IMG/VR virus record: IMGVR_UViG_3300017722_002103
Span: 1-59,145 of that record
Direction: 5' to 3' (one strand)
Length of the DNA stretch: 59,145 nucleotides
Source of the DNA: a virus
Taxonomy: Duplodnaviria; Caudoviricetes
The notes beneath the pieces are model-generated. The model was not told where the DNA came from. It did not search any database and saw only the letters and a list, made by a program, of their open reading frames with translations. Positions 48,736 through 57,234 of this stretch are shown here, in pieces. Each line of letters starts with the position of its first letter. Position 1 is the first letter of the stretch. The translations under genes and the position numbers were made by a program.

Positions 48736-49019
48736 CGATCAAGGCCGGGAAGAAAACCGACGCCAAGCCGACGCCGATCGTTCCGCAGGTTTGGGCGATC
48801 GTCTGGTATCTCAATTCAGACAGGATCGCCGACCCGGAAGGGATGACGCTGGTCGGGCCGGAAGAATGGCTAGATCACTCGCGGCTTTTCCCAACTGAAG
48901 AAATAGCAGAGCAAGCCGCGCTGAACATCTTGAGCGACGCGAACGGCGGCTGTCCCGAATGCCTGTTTCTGATCCTGTTCGGTCATATCGCATTCCTGCG
49001 ATCGGAGCGGCTGGAATAA
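48732..49019 (+). CDS. hypothetical protein
   Basis: ATGA overlap; last gene before the AT-rich intergenic region. Confidence 0.55.
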   Translation: MTIKAGKKTDAKPTPIVPQVWAIVWYLNSDRIADPEGMTLVGPEEWLDHSRLFPTEEIAEQAALNILSDANGGCPECLFLILFGHIAFLRSERLE

Positions 49020-49195
49020 ACCGGGCGGGGGGCGCGAAAAAACGCGCATCTTCCCCCATCCGCATTTGCTCAGATTTGAGCAAGAGCGTCAAGCGTCTTT
49101 TTGTCGAAAACTTTTTTCCGATGAAACGGTTTTATCGCTTGCTCAAATTTGAGCATGTGCTAAACCTGTCTTCATCAGGAACGAAGGAACGGCAA

Positions 49196-49822
49196 ATGAA
49201 CAATCAACTTCGCGGCCATTGCCAGATTTGCGGACGTCAGCAGGCGGTCCCTAACGGTCACATGTCTCACCACGGCTACCGGGTTCGGAACGGCTGGTTC
49301 GAAGGGGTCTGCAACGGTCACAGCTTCGCCCCGATCGAAAAAGATCGCGACGTTCTGGATCGCATGTGCGACGGGATTTCGAAAGATTGCGCCAAGCTCG
49401 AAGCCGAAGTCGCGGCACTCGAAGCCGGATCGATCGATCCCGACTATATCGGATGCTCGCGCCGGGAAGTGGTGGGCGGTCGCTGGCAGGAAGTGCAGTA
49501 TCCGGTTCCCTACTGCTACGGCGACGCATACGAACAAAGGGTCGCACGGGCTCGCCTGATAAGCTCGAAGAGATACCGGGCCGAACAGGGCCGCTCGTTC
49601 GTCGCCTTCATGGTGAACCTCGCTGACGCCGTTAACGGCAAGCCCCTGATGGAAGTCGAGCGGAAAGAAGCTCCCGCCCCGCTGGCGAGCCGGGTCATCG
49701 GCGCTCGCGGCGTGATGCGGATGAAATACGCGGAGCGGGGCCGGGTTTACTGGCAGGACGAGCGCGGGTTCTCAAGCTGGATGGGCGCTCAATCGTGGCG
49801 CAAAATGCCAAAGGCGGACTAG
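49196..49822 (+). CDS. early protein with Cys/His metal-binding motif
   Basis: GHCQICGRQQ...SHHGY...WFEGVC; ATG after promoter element 49140. Confidence 0.75.
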   Translation: MNNQLRGHCQICGRQQAVPNGHMSHHGYRVRNGWFEGVCNGHSFAPIEKDRDVLDRMCDGISKDCAKLEAEVAALEAGSIDPDYIGCSRREVVGGRWQEVQYPVPYCYGDAYEQRVARARLISSKRYRAEQGRSFVAFMVNLADAVNGKPLMEVERKEAPAPLASRVIGARGVMRMKYAERGRVYWQDERGFSSWMGAQSWRKMPKAD

Positions 49823-49861
49823 GCCGGACAGGGAGGCAAAAAAAAGCCTCCCTGTCCGGTC
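49822..49861. terminator. strong hairpin with A8 loop
   Basis: CCGGACAGGGAGGC-A8-GCCTCCCTGTCCGG, a perfect 14-bp stem. Confidence 0.55.
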
Positions 49862-50060
49862 TTGAGAACGGGTCGCAAAGATTTTTCGTATAAAAGCATT
49901 TTACCCTCTTGCTCAATTTTGAGCACGTCCCTATATTGTCTGTATCAGGAACGGAGAAATCAGATGCGGTTCGAAATTTTGGTGTCGGGAATTATGGCGG
50001 CGGTTTCGCTCTTCGCGCTCGCCTCGCTCGTTGTGATGATGTGGATTTAAGGGGAACCCG

Positions 50061-50345
50061 ATGAACGTCGAAGCAATCAAGGCAGCGTGGGCGGAATGGG
50101 ATGCGGCGAGCGCCGCGACCGAAGCCGCTTGGGGAATGGTCAAGGCAGCCGAGCGCGGGCTTCTGAACGGCTCCAAGCGCGCGGCGATCGCGCGGGAGCG
50201 CAAGGTATGGGCGGCGACGCTCGATCGCACTGACGCGGCCCGGAGCGCCTTGGCGGGGCTCCCCGATCTTGACGAAGTCGCGGCATGGGAAGCCGAGCAA
50301 GTGGCGATCGCCGAAGCCGAAGAAAAGCAGGGCAAACTTTTTTGA
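50061..50345 (+). CDS. helical early protein
   Basis: AAGGGG RBS; stop runs into the next cassette head. Confidence 0.65.
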   Translation: MNVEAIKAAWAEWDAASAATEAAWGMVKAAERGLLNGSKRAAIARERKVWAATLDRTDAARSALAGLPDLDEVAAWEAEQVAIAEAEEKQGKLF

Positions 50346-50420
50346 AAAAAATCGAAAAAAGCTCTTGCTCAATTTTGAGCATGCTATAAAACGGTTTCAT
50401 CAGGAACGAAGGAACGAGAC

Positions 50421-50606
50421 ATGACGAACGCCCCCGCCCCCGAATTCAAGACTTTCTTCGCCACGAAGGAAGAGGCGATCACCGCCGCGAAAAACTGGAT
50501 CGCCGACGATCCGTGCGATTTCAGCTACAAACTCGCGCCGCAAGCCGATGGCCGCTTCGCGGTTTCGATCGTCGACTTTTTCGATAACTCGCTAATCCCG
50601 CTCTAA
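50421..50606 (+). CDS. early cassette protein
   Basis: After element 50366 and AAGGAAC RBS. Confidence 0.7.
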   Translation: MTNAPAPEFKTFFATKEEAITAAKNWIADDPCDFSYKLAPQADGRFAVSIVDFFDNSLIPL

Positions 50607-50620
50607 GGAAGGAAGCTCGA

Positions 50621-50923
50621 ATGTCTAGCGCTCAAAATTTTACGGAAGCTTGGAACGCTGCGGCGGGGGCTTCGGCCCTTGGCGGGTTCCGGTCATGCGG
50701 TCGCGCTTATGTCGTGATCGTTAACAAGGCGGACAGGGCTCAGGCTCGCGCGTGGTGTAAGGCGAACCGCAAAATCTGGACGGGCGCTCAAGGCCACGTC
50801 CCGAACGCGATTTATTGCGGTTATGACAACGCGAGCGGCGTCGAGCTTGGCAGGGCGGAAGCCTTCGCCTTGGAACTGAAAGCGCGCGGCGTGGTCGCGT
50901 ATATGGACGCAATGGGGGATTGA
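50621..50923 (+). CDS. early protein
   Basis: AGGAAGCTC RBS; SCGRAYV, IYCGYDNASG motifs. Confidence 0.7.
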   Translation: MSSAQNFTEAWNAAAGASALGGFRSCGRAYVVIVNKADRAQARAWCKANRKIWTGAQGHVPNAIYCGYDNASGVELGRAEAFALELKARGVVAYMDAMGD

Positions 50924-50925
50924 AC

Positions 50926-51156
50926 ATGCGCAACGACATTGATCGCCAGCTTGACGCGCGACAGGGCCGCAGGATGGCCGCAGAGGGGCGCATGCTCGAC
51001 CGGCTGGATATCCTAGAGCGCCGGGCCGAAGCCCTTATCGGCGAGCTTGTCAGGGCCGGGAAGCCCGCGTTCTACATCAACCTTCGGAACGGAAAGACCC
51101 GCGAAGGCTCGCGGGCGGACCTGATCGGCTTCCTTGTCCGCAATCGGTACGTTTGA
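50926..51156 (+). CDS. early protein
   Basis: GGGGG RBS; ORF 50920..51156. Confidence 0.6.
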   Translation: MRNDIDRQLDARQGRRMAAEGRMLDRLDILERRAEALIGELVRAGKPAFYINLRNGKTREGSRADLIGFLVRNRYV

Positions 51157-51244
51157 AAATAATTCGAAGAAAAATGAAAAAAGGACTTGCTCAATTTTGA
51201 GCAAGGGTTTAAGCCTGTCTTCATCAGGAACGAAGGAAGCTCAC

Positions 51245-51499
51245 ATGACGAACCCGGCTCAAGTCTCGCAATTCGTCCGCGACGTGGTCGAAATCAACGG
51301 TCGCATCGCCCTTGATCGCCTCTTCGTCCGCACCCGCAAACTTTCCGATCGCCTCGAAACTCGCGAGCTTCGGACTAAGAAAAACACGTTTCAGGCTTAC
51401 CACTGGCAAGCCGATATCGGGATGGTCGTCGTCCTGACGGCGCGCGGGAACGTGCTGCAACTGACGATCGAAGAATTCTGGGCGGCTCACGCAAAATAA
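51245..51499 (+). CDS. early cassette protein
   Basis: After element 51188 and AGGAAGCTCAC. Confidence 0.7.
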   Translation: MTNPAQVSQFVRDVVEINGRIALDRLFVRTRKLSDRLETRELRTKKNTFQAYHWQADIGMVVVLTARGNVLQLTIEEFWAAHAK

Positions 51500-51591
51500 T
51501 TGAAAAAAGGGCTTGCTCAATTTTGAGCAAGCGTTTAAGACAGGTTCATCGGCGGCGGCGGTCGCAGCCGGGCAGGAAACAGGAAGCTCAC

Positions 51592-51834
51592 ATGACCACG
51601 GAAATCAAAACCTTCGAAGTCGGCAAATCCTACTGGACCCGTTCGGCTTGCGATTATGACTGCATAATCCGCATGACCGTCATTTCCCGCACGGCGAAAT
51701 TCATCACCGCCGAAGTCGGCGGCAAGACGAAGCGCCTTGGCGTCAAAGTCTGCAAATACGACAACGCCGAACGCTGCGACCCGTGGGGCCGCTTCAGCAT
51801 GTCGCCGGTTATCAGCGCCGATCGTCAAGGCTAA
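51592..51834 (+). CDS. conserved-looking small phage protein
   Basis: FEVGKSYWTRSACDYDC...RTAK...GRFSMSPVISA; after element 51514. Confidence 0.7.
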   Translation: MTTEIKTFEVGKSYWTRSACDYDCIIRMTVISRTAKFITAEVGGKTKRLGVKVCKYDNAERCDPWGRFSMSPVISADRQG

Positions 51835-51892
51835 CCCCGAAACCCCTAACCCGGCGCAAGCCGGGGCCATTCGCACCACAAAGGAAGCTCAC

Positions 51893-52306
51893 ATGACCCG
51901 CAAGAAAACCCAGCTCGAACCGATCGTTCGCACGCCCGAAGAGCGCGAAAAAGAACATCGCGACTTTCTGGCCCGCGTCGCCGAAAGCGAACTCGAAAGG
52001 CTGAACAAGGAAATCGCCGAATTCGCGGCGGACCTGATGAAGAACCCGGCGCGCGCGCTGGAATGGTCGCAGTCCGTTTTTGAGAAGGCAGCCGATCAGG
52101 CGATCGTCGCCCGCCTAGGGCGGCAACTCGAAGCCGGGACCACGCGCCAATCGCTGAACGATTGGGCGAGGCAGGAAGCCGAAGGGGCGATGAGCGAAGC
52201 GCTTTCGACGCGATCGACGTCGCCGCAGGTTAACGAAATGGCCCTGATGCGCGGGCGCGCTTGGCGGAAATGGCTCCCGATAATTGTCTTCGAAATCGAA
52301 AAATAA
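51893..52306 (+). CDS. helical early protein
   Basis: AGGAAGCTCAC RBS. Confidence 0.7.
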   Translation: MTRKKTQLEPIVRTPEEREKEHRDFLARVAESELERLNKEIAEFAADLMKNPARALEWSQSVFEKAADQAIVARLGRQLEAGTTRQSLNDWARQEAEGAMSEALSTRSTSPQVNEMALMRGRAWRKWLPIIVFEIEK

Positions 52307-52386
52307 CGCTTGCTCAATTCTGAGCATGCTATAAAACGGTTTCATCGGGGGCGGCGATCGCCCCCGGCAGAAAAAGGGAAGCTCAA

Positions 52387-52695
52387 ATGTCAGTTGCCGA
52401 AATCATTCTGGAACAGCTTGGCGGAAATCAGTTTCGCGTCATGACGGGCGCGAAAAACTTCGTCGCCGGTAGCCGCGATCTTTTCTTCGCCCTGCCGAGA
52501 ATGCCGGGCCTGAACTTTCACCGCGTCAAAGTCTGCCTGATGCCCGATGATGTCTATGTCGTGATGTTCTACCGCATCAGCGGCGGTCATCTGAAATGCT
52601 TGAAGTCGATCGGCAACGTTTACGCCGAAGACCTTCGCGGCGTCTTCGAGCGCGAGACGGGCCTGCGGACGTCCCTGACAGCGATTTACGCCTGA
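52387..52695 (+). CDS. conserved-looking small phage protein
   Basis: AEIILEQLGGNQFRVMTGAKNF...DDVY...NVYAEDL..VFE.ETGL.TSL; after element 52311. Confidence 0.75.
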   Translation: MSVAEIILEQLGGNQFRVMTGAKNFVAGSRDLFFALPRMPGLNFHRVKVCLMPDDVYVVMFYRISGGHLKCLKSIGNVYAEDLRGVFERETGLRTSLTAIYA

Positions 52696-52753
52696 CGGAC
52701 AGGGGAGCGCCAGCCGCTCCCCAAACCCTCACCACGGATCAAAGGAAGCTCAA

Positions 52754-52954
52754 ATGAAGACCACAATGCGCCTGATCGATAACACGCCGCCCGAAGTTGT
52801 CCCGAAGGGCAAGCGGACCATTCGCGAAACCGTATGGGGAAACACAAAGGGATACATCGGCGGTCGCTTCTGGAAAATCATAGGCGTGACCTACGCCGTA
52901 GGAACGAAAGAAGCGGTCGCCGACTTTCTTGCGGGGAGGGATGAAGAAAATTGA
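52754..52954 (+). CDS. early protein
   Basis: AGGAAGCTCAA RBS; RETVWGN..GYIGGR. Confidence 0.7.
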   Translation: MKTTMRLIDNTPPEVVPKGKRTIRETVWGNTKGYIGGRFWKIIGVTYAVGTKEAVADFLAGRDEEN

Positions 52955-53041
52955 AAAGGGGGCTTGCTCAATTCTGAGCATGGTATAAAACCGTTTCATC
53001 GGCGGGGCGGTTCCCGGCGAAACAATTCAGGAAGCTCAAAA

Positions 53042-53248
53042 ATGGCGACGAACTGGAAAGAACTCGAAGACAAGATCAGCCTCGCGCTCGAAGACAACGA
53101 AGGCGTTTGGGTCGTCAACTCGCCCGCGTTCTTCGCGGCCTGCGACAAATATGAAATCGAGCCCGGCGACTTAGAAGACGCGATCGGCGAAGTCGCCTGT
53201 CAGCAAGCCGAAGACCGGGCGCATGATCACTGGGGCGCATATGACTGA
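53042..53248 (+). CDS. small, strongly acidic early protein
   Basis: 68 aa, D/E-rich; after element 52965. Confidence 0.7.
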   Translation: MATNWKELEDKISLALEDNEGVWVVNSPAFFAACDKYEIEPGDLEDAIGEVACQQAEDRAHDHWGAYD

Positions 53249-53321
53249 AAAACTTGAAAAAGGGGCTTGCTCATTTTTGAGCAGTCGTTTAAGCCTGTCT
53301 TCATCAACGAAGGAACACGCC

Positions 53322-53582
53322 ATGACGAACGCACAAATCAACGCCGAAGCGGTCCGCCTGATGGCTCGCGCTGGCCGCGCCGCCCCGAACAACTCAGGCG
53401 CGATGAAGCAGGCGAAGGAATTCTTCGACGCCAACTTCGCGGCGATGGAAGCCGACACGCGCGTTTCCGCACGCTGGATCGGCATTTGGACCCCGAAAGC
53501 CGATCGGGTCGAATTCGGCGGCGCTTACGTCGTTGCCTGCGACGAAGGTCTTTTCGTCAACGGTCGCCGGGTAGCAAAATAA
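53322..53582 (+). CDS. early cassette protein
   Basis: After element 53268. Confidence 0.7.
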   Translation: MTNAQINAEAVRLMARAGRAAPNNSGAMKQAKEFFDANFAAMEADTRVSARWIGIWTPKADRVEFGGAYVVACDEGLFVNGRRVAK

Positions 53583-53673
53583 TTCAGAAAGGCTCTTGCT
53601 CAATTCTGAGCATCGTATAAAACGGTTTCATCGGTCGGGACGGTCCCGCCGAAACAATTTGAAGGAAGCTCAC

Positions 53674-54306
53674 ATGACCCGCTCTTACCCCGAAATCAAC
53701 GTTCCCGATCACATCGACAATCAAGCAGCGTATATCCGCGCGGCACATCGCCGGATCGACGACATGCGCGCCAAGGCGGCGGCAAAAAAGCTCCACGCTT
53801 GGCTGATGGAAGACCCGACGCGGTCGGACATGATGGCCGCGATGCGCCCCATGATCGATTTCGAGAACCGCCGCAGCGAGAACGGCGAACCCGGCTTCAT
53901 GGGCAAGATGATGAAGGCCATTCACGAATGGGGTTCGCTGTCCGCCAATCAGGAACGCGCGGTTCGCGAAAGCCTCGCCCGGTCGGCGGCTCGCAAAGCC
54001 GAGCGCCAAGCGGCGAAGGTCGAGCAAGCGGCAGTCGACGTCGAGCGCTCGCAATACATCGGGATCGTCGGCGCTCGTTCGGTCTACTCGCTCACGATCC
54101 GTCGCACGGTCGACTTTGTCGGCGCGTTCGGACCGGGCGTGGTGAACGAAATGGTCGACGTGGACGGGAACGTGTTCGTCTACATCGGCGCGCGCCTTGG
54201 CGATGTCGGGCAAGCGATCAAGATCAAGGCCACTGTGAAGCGCCACAACGAGCGGGAGGGCGTGAAGCAAACCGCCCTGTCGCGCCCCGCGATCGTGAAG
54301 GAGTAG
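53674..54306 (+). CDS. early protein with probable C-terminal OB-fold
   Basis: WGSLSANQ and SQYIG.VG.R...D.DGNVFVY...IKATVK.H.E.EGVKQT.L.RP; after element 53597. Confidence 0.7.
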   Translation: MTRSYPEINVPDHIDNQAAYIRAAHRRIDDMRAKAAAKKLHAWLMEDPTRSDMMAAMRPMIDFENRRSENGEPGFMGKMMKAIHEWGSLSANQERAVRESLARSAARKAERQAAKVEQAAVDVERSQYIGIVGARSVYSLTIRRTVDFVGAFGPGVVNEMVDVDGNVFVYIGARLGDVGQAIKIKATVKRHNEREGVKQTALSRPAIVKE

Positions 54307-54311
54307 GGAGC

Positions 54312-54578
54312 ATGGGAAAGGTCAACAGCGAAACCCCGATGACGGCGCAGCAAGAGGAAACCATGCGGGCGCTTGAGGGGTACGCGGGGCAAGGGCCGGT
54401 CACGGTCCAAACCTCTTACTATGATCAGAGCGGGCGTGGCGTCGCGTTCTTCCCCGATGATTGGAAGCCAGTGGCGATCGGCCTGAAGATGACGACGCTG
54501 CGGGGGCTGGAGAAGCGCGGCAAGATCAGGATCGTCGCCGCGTACTGGCGCGGCGCGACGGTCGAGGTTCTCTCATGA
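54312..54578 (+). CDS. winged-helix-like protein, paralog A
   Basis: MTAQQEETM...WKPV...TLRGLEKRG.I.I...YWRGA.VEVL. Confidence 0.65.
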   Translation: MGKVNSETPMTAQQEETMRALEGYAGQGPVTVQTSYYDQSGRGVAFFPDDWKPVAIGLKMTTLRGLEKRGKIRIVAAYWRGATVEVLS

Positions 54579-54829
54579 CGAAGCTGATCGGGAGGCACTC
54601 GCCGCTAACGATGCATCAGACGGAAACGATGTCGTTTCTGTCTAAGCATGTCGGGCAGATTGTCGACGTCCAGACAGCGGAGGCGCACCGCGACGGGATA
54701 CCGGCTTGGCCGCAGAACTGGCGTCCTGTCGGGCGATCGTCGCAGCAGACTTTGCGCGGGCTGGAAAAGCGCGGGCTGATCACGATCCTAGACACCTACT
54801 GGCAAGGCGCGCGCATACAGGTTTTGTGA
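54575..54829 (+). CDS. winged-helix-like protein, paralog B
   Basis: LTMHQTETM...WRPV...TLRGLEKRGLITI..YWQGA.IQVL. Confidence 0.65.
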   Translation: MTKLIGRHSPLTMHQTETMSFLSKHVGQIVDVQTAEAHRDGIPAWPQNWRPVGRSSQQTLRGLEKRGLITILDTYWQGARIQVL

Positions 54830-54921
54830 CCGGCTCAAAATTAAACGTTTGACCCGATGTTCAAAATCGAGCATACGGGGGATGCAGCAAGAGGCTGCGA
54901 TTTGGAAAAGGAAGCTCGAAA

Positions 54922-55221
54922 ATGAACAAGCAACGCAGGAAGGCAATCGAGGCTCTTCGCGCCCGGTTCGACGCGATTAATTACGCGGACATGAAAGGCG
55001 AACTCGAAAACATCAAGGAAGAACTCGACGCTCTGAAAGACGAAGAGCAGGAATATAAGGACGCCATGCCCGAGAACATGCAGGGCGGCGAGAAGGGCGA
55101 AATCGCCGACGCCTGCATCGATGCGATGGACAGCATCGTGAACGCGATCGACGCGGTCGTCGAAGCGCTCGACGGTCTGGACAACGAAGTCAACTTCGAC
55201 GGCGCGATGGGGGATGGCTAA
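54922..55221 (+). CDS. acidic helical-hairpin phage protein
   Basis: MNKQRRK...DEEQEYKDAMPENMQGGEKGE motif; AGGAAGCTC RBS. Confidence 0.75.
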   Translation: MNKQRRKAIEALRARFDAINYADMKGELENIKEELDALKDEEQEYKDAMPENMQGGEKGEIADACIDAMDSIVNAIDAVVEALDGLDNEVNFDGAMGDG

Positions 55222-55508
55222 TGTCCAAGCCAGAGAAACAGCCCGGCGATTACGTCGCCTACTGCGACGCGAATGGACGGATTGCCTTCGGGCAATCCGT
55301 ACCTTCGGGGCAACTGATGATTGCATCAGGGCCGCGCGAGAAGCTTGTTGAAATGGTTTCGGGCGCGGCGCGTCACGCCTATGACGGCGAGACTTTGCTT
55401 GTGCCGGGAGTGCCTGAAGCCGAGAGCCTGACTGACGGTCTGGAAGCGCTCTTGCGGTTTCGCGATCGCATACGGGCTTACTTCGAGCGAAACGGATTGA
55501 AGGCATGA
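55221..55508 (+). CDS. protein resembling those annotated 'host nuclease inhibitor' in Mu-like/alphaproteobacterial phages
   Basis: AYC.ANGRIAFG..VP.G...IASGP...ARHAYDGETLLVPGVPEA, recognised from memory. Confidence 0.55.
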   Translation: MSKPEKQPGDYVAYCDANGRIAFGQSVPSGQLMIASGPREKLVEMVSGAARHAYDGETLLVPGVPEAESLTDGLEALLRFRDRIRAYFERNGLKA

Positions 55509-56068
55509 AGGCGTCGGAAATTCGGATCGTCGACCTTGCAATAACCGCTCGCTATCAAGGCGAGCGGCGCTTGCAATGGCGCGTCGAAGGGTCGGGCGAT
55601 CGGTACTTCGTCAAGATCAGCGCGAACCCTGTAGCGGTCGACCTGTCCGCTATCGACGTCCTGTTCAGGCTCCCGCCTCAAGAGGCGCAGCGCGGCGATC
55701 CCGATTGGTTCGAAGTCGAGCGCCTGACGACGTCGCGATGGATGCGCTTTGTTCGCGCGGCTTGGAAAGCCGCCGAAGCGCAAGACCTGTTCAGCGCGGA
55801 AGCGTTCGCGCGAGCGGATGCGAAGCGAAGGATCGAAGCGGAAATTCAGCGCCGGGCCGTCGACCTTTACGCAAGGCTTTCGAACGTGGTCGTCGAGTAT
55901 GACGGGACGTCTTCGGGCGATGACTTCTACCTGACGACGATCGACGAAGCGCGAGCCCTGCTTCGGGGCATCGAAGCCGAAGCGGCGGAAACATACGAAA
56001 GCGTTTTGAAGGCGCTGCAAGGCGCGCTCAAAAAAGCTCAGACATCAAAATCGAAGAGGAAGGCATAA
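55505..56068 (+). CDS. hypothetical protein
   Basis: ATGA overlap in operon. Confidence 0.6.
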   Translation: MKASEIRIVDLAITARYQGERRLQWRVEGSGDRYFVKISANPVAVDLSAIDVLFRLPPQEAQRGDPDWFEVERLTTSRWMRFVRAAWKAAEAQDLFSAEAFARADAKRRIEAEIQRRAVDLYARLSNVVVEYDGTSSGDDFYLTTIDEARALLRGIEAEAAETYESVLKALQGALKKAQTSKSKRKA

Positions 56069-56565
56069 TGTTCGGGCCTACAGGGGAGCGCCTAGCGAGG
56101 CGCGCAAGGCGGGGCGACGTCGAAGCCGAAGACATGATCGCAAGCGAGGCGGTCGGCGCTGGCGTTCTGCATATGGGCTGCGGCGATGGCTCGATGATCA
56201 TCGAAGAGCTTTACGATCTTTCGATGTATGCGATCGGGGTCGACGACAACGCGAAGAAAATCACGACGGCGATGCGCGCGAGCGCTGGCAAGGGGCGTTG
56301 CGAATTCGTCTGTCGCCCGCTCGAAGTCACCGGCCTGTCAGGGTCGAGCTTCGATCTGGTCTTCGGATACAACCTCGCCCGGCGCGGGCTGATGGCGATC
56401 GACGAAGCGCGTCGCCTGCTTCGTCATCGTGGCGTCTTCATTAACGTCGAGCAGAACGAGCGCCGGGGCGATGCGCAGAATATCGGCACCGTGTTCCCGA
56501 ATGTCGACGCGACACGCTTCGGCATCCTGTCGCGCCTGACGATCTTCCGGGCGGTGAAGTCGTGA
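56068..56565 (+). CDS. class I SAM-dependent methyltransferase-like protein (compact/degenerate)
   Basis: VLHMGCGDG motif I, IGVD motif II, SFDLVF and RRLLRHRGVF. Confidence 0.65.
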   Translation: MFGPTGERLARRARRGDVEAEDMIASEAVGAGVLHMGCGDGSMIIEELYDLSMYAIGVDDNAKKITTAMRASAGKGRCEFVCRPLEVTGLSGSSFDLVFGYNLARRGLMAIDEARRLLRHRGVFINVEQNERRGDAQNIGTVFPNVDATRFGILSRLTIFRAVKS

Positions 56566-56603
56566 CTAACATTCAACAGCAAGCACAACGGAGAACTTAC
56601 AAA

Positions 56604-56843
56604 ATGACTACGAAGAAAAAACCAACGAAGACCACGAAGGCCAAGGCCAAGCCGAAGGCAGCGCCGAAGCGTTCATCGCTCGCGCTCTGGCAAGAGAAGC
56701 GCGCGCTGACGGACACCGAAGCCGCAGCCGCGATCGGGCTCGCGCGCAATACGTTCGTGAAGCACCGCGACGCCAGCGAAGCGCCGCTGACGACACGCCT
56801 CGCCCTTGCGGCCCTGATGATGGATTTAGAGCCGCTGGCATGA
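56604..56843 (+). CDS. small XRE-like HTH protein with Lys-rich N-terminus
   Basis: LALWQEKRALTDTEAAAAIGLARNTF; GGAGA RBS. Confidence 0.7.
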   Translation: MTTKKKPTKTTKAKAKPKAAPKRSSLALWQEKRALTDTEAAAAIGLARNTFVKHRDASEAPLTTRLALAALMMDLEPLA

Positions 56844-57028
56844 TGAAGGCGGACAAGGGAGAATTGCCGAAGGGCTTCACTTGCTCTTGCGGCGAGTATC
56901 ATCGGTATACGGAGTATGTATACGCGCATTGGCGCGAGGCGCTCCACGTCACATGCGAAGCGTGCAAAACGGTCTGGCATGTTTACGCGGGCGTCCCGTC
57001 AATCCTGAAGGGCAAGGGCAAGCGCTGA
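56840..57028 (+). CDS. small zinc-ribbon protein
   Basis: FTCSCG.YH...VYAHW...TCEAC. Confidence 0.6.
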   Translation: MMKADKGELPKGFTCSCGEYHRYTEYVYAHWREALHVTCEACKTVWHVYAGVPSILKGKGKR

Positions 57029-57234
57029 TGTCGACATGGTTCGCAACGCACCGGATCGCGTGGATAGTGGAAACGCTTTCGATCTTTGGATACATCAACC
57101 GGGCGCACGTCATGCGCAAGTTTGATGTGTCCGAAGCGCAGGCGGCGAAAGACCTTCGCGATGTGCTTCAGCAGTATCCGGGGCTGATGACTTACGACAC
57201 GTCGGCGAAGCGCTACGTTTCGCGCGCGTGGTGA
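57028..57234 (+). CDS. stand-alone CapW/BrxR-type winged-helix domain
   Basis: RIAWI...L..FGYINRAHVM.KFDVSEAQAAKDL..V....PG.M.YD.SAKRYV resembles the N-terminal wHTH of WYL regulators; no WYL domain follows. Confidence 0.65.
   Translation: MSTWFATHRIAWIVETLSIFGYINRAHVMRKFDVSEAQAAKDLRDVLQQYPGLMTYDTSAKRYVSRAW

Larger units (their letters stand above)
49067..54873 (+). promoter_or_regulatory. array of repeated early operator/promoter elements TGCTCAA-NN-TTGAGCA
   Basis: Copies at 49067, 49140, 49910, 50366, 51188, 51514, 52311, 52965, 53268, 53597 and 54858. Most are followed by a TATAAA/TTTAAG-like box, (GG)TTTCATC and AGGAAGCTC/AGGAAC before an ATG. Confidence 0.85.

Noticed and set aside
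49067-54873. Repeated palindromes as a CRISPR array
   Set aside because: Spacing is irregular (tens of bp to over 1 kb) and the intervals are protein-coding genes; no cas operon is present
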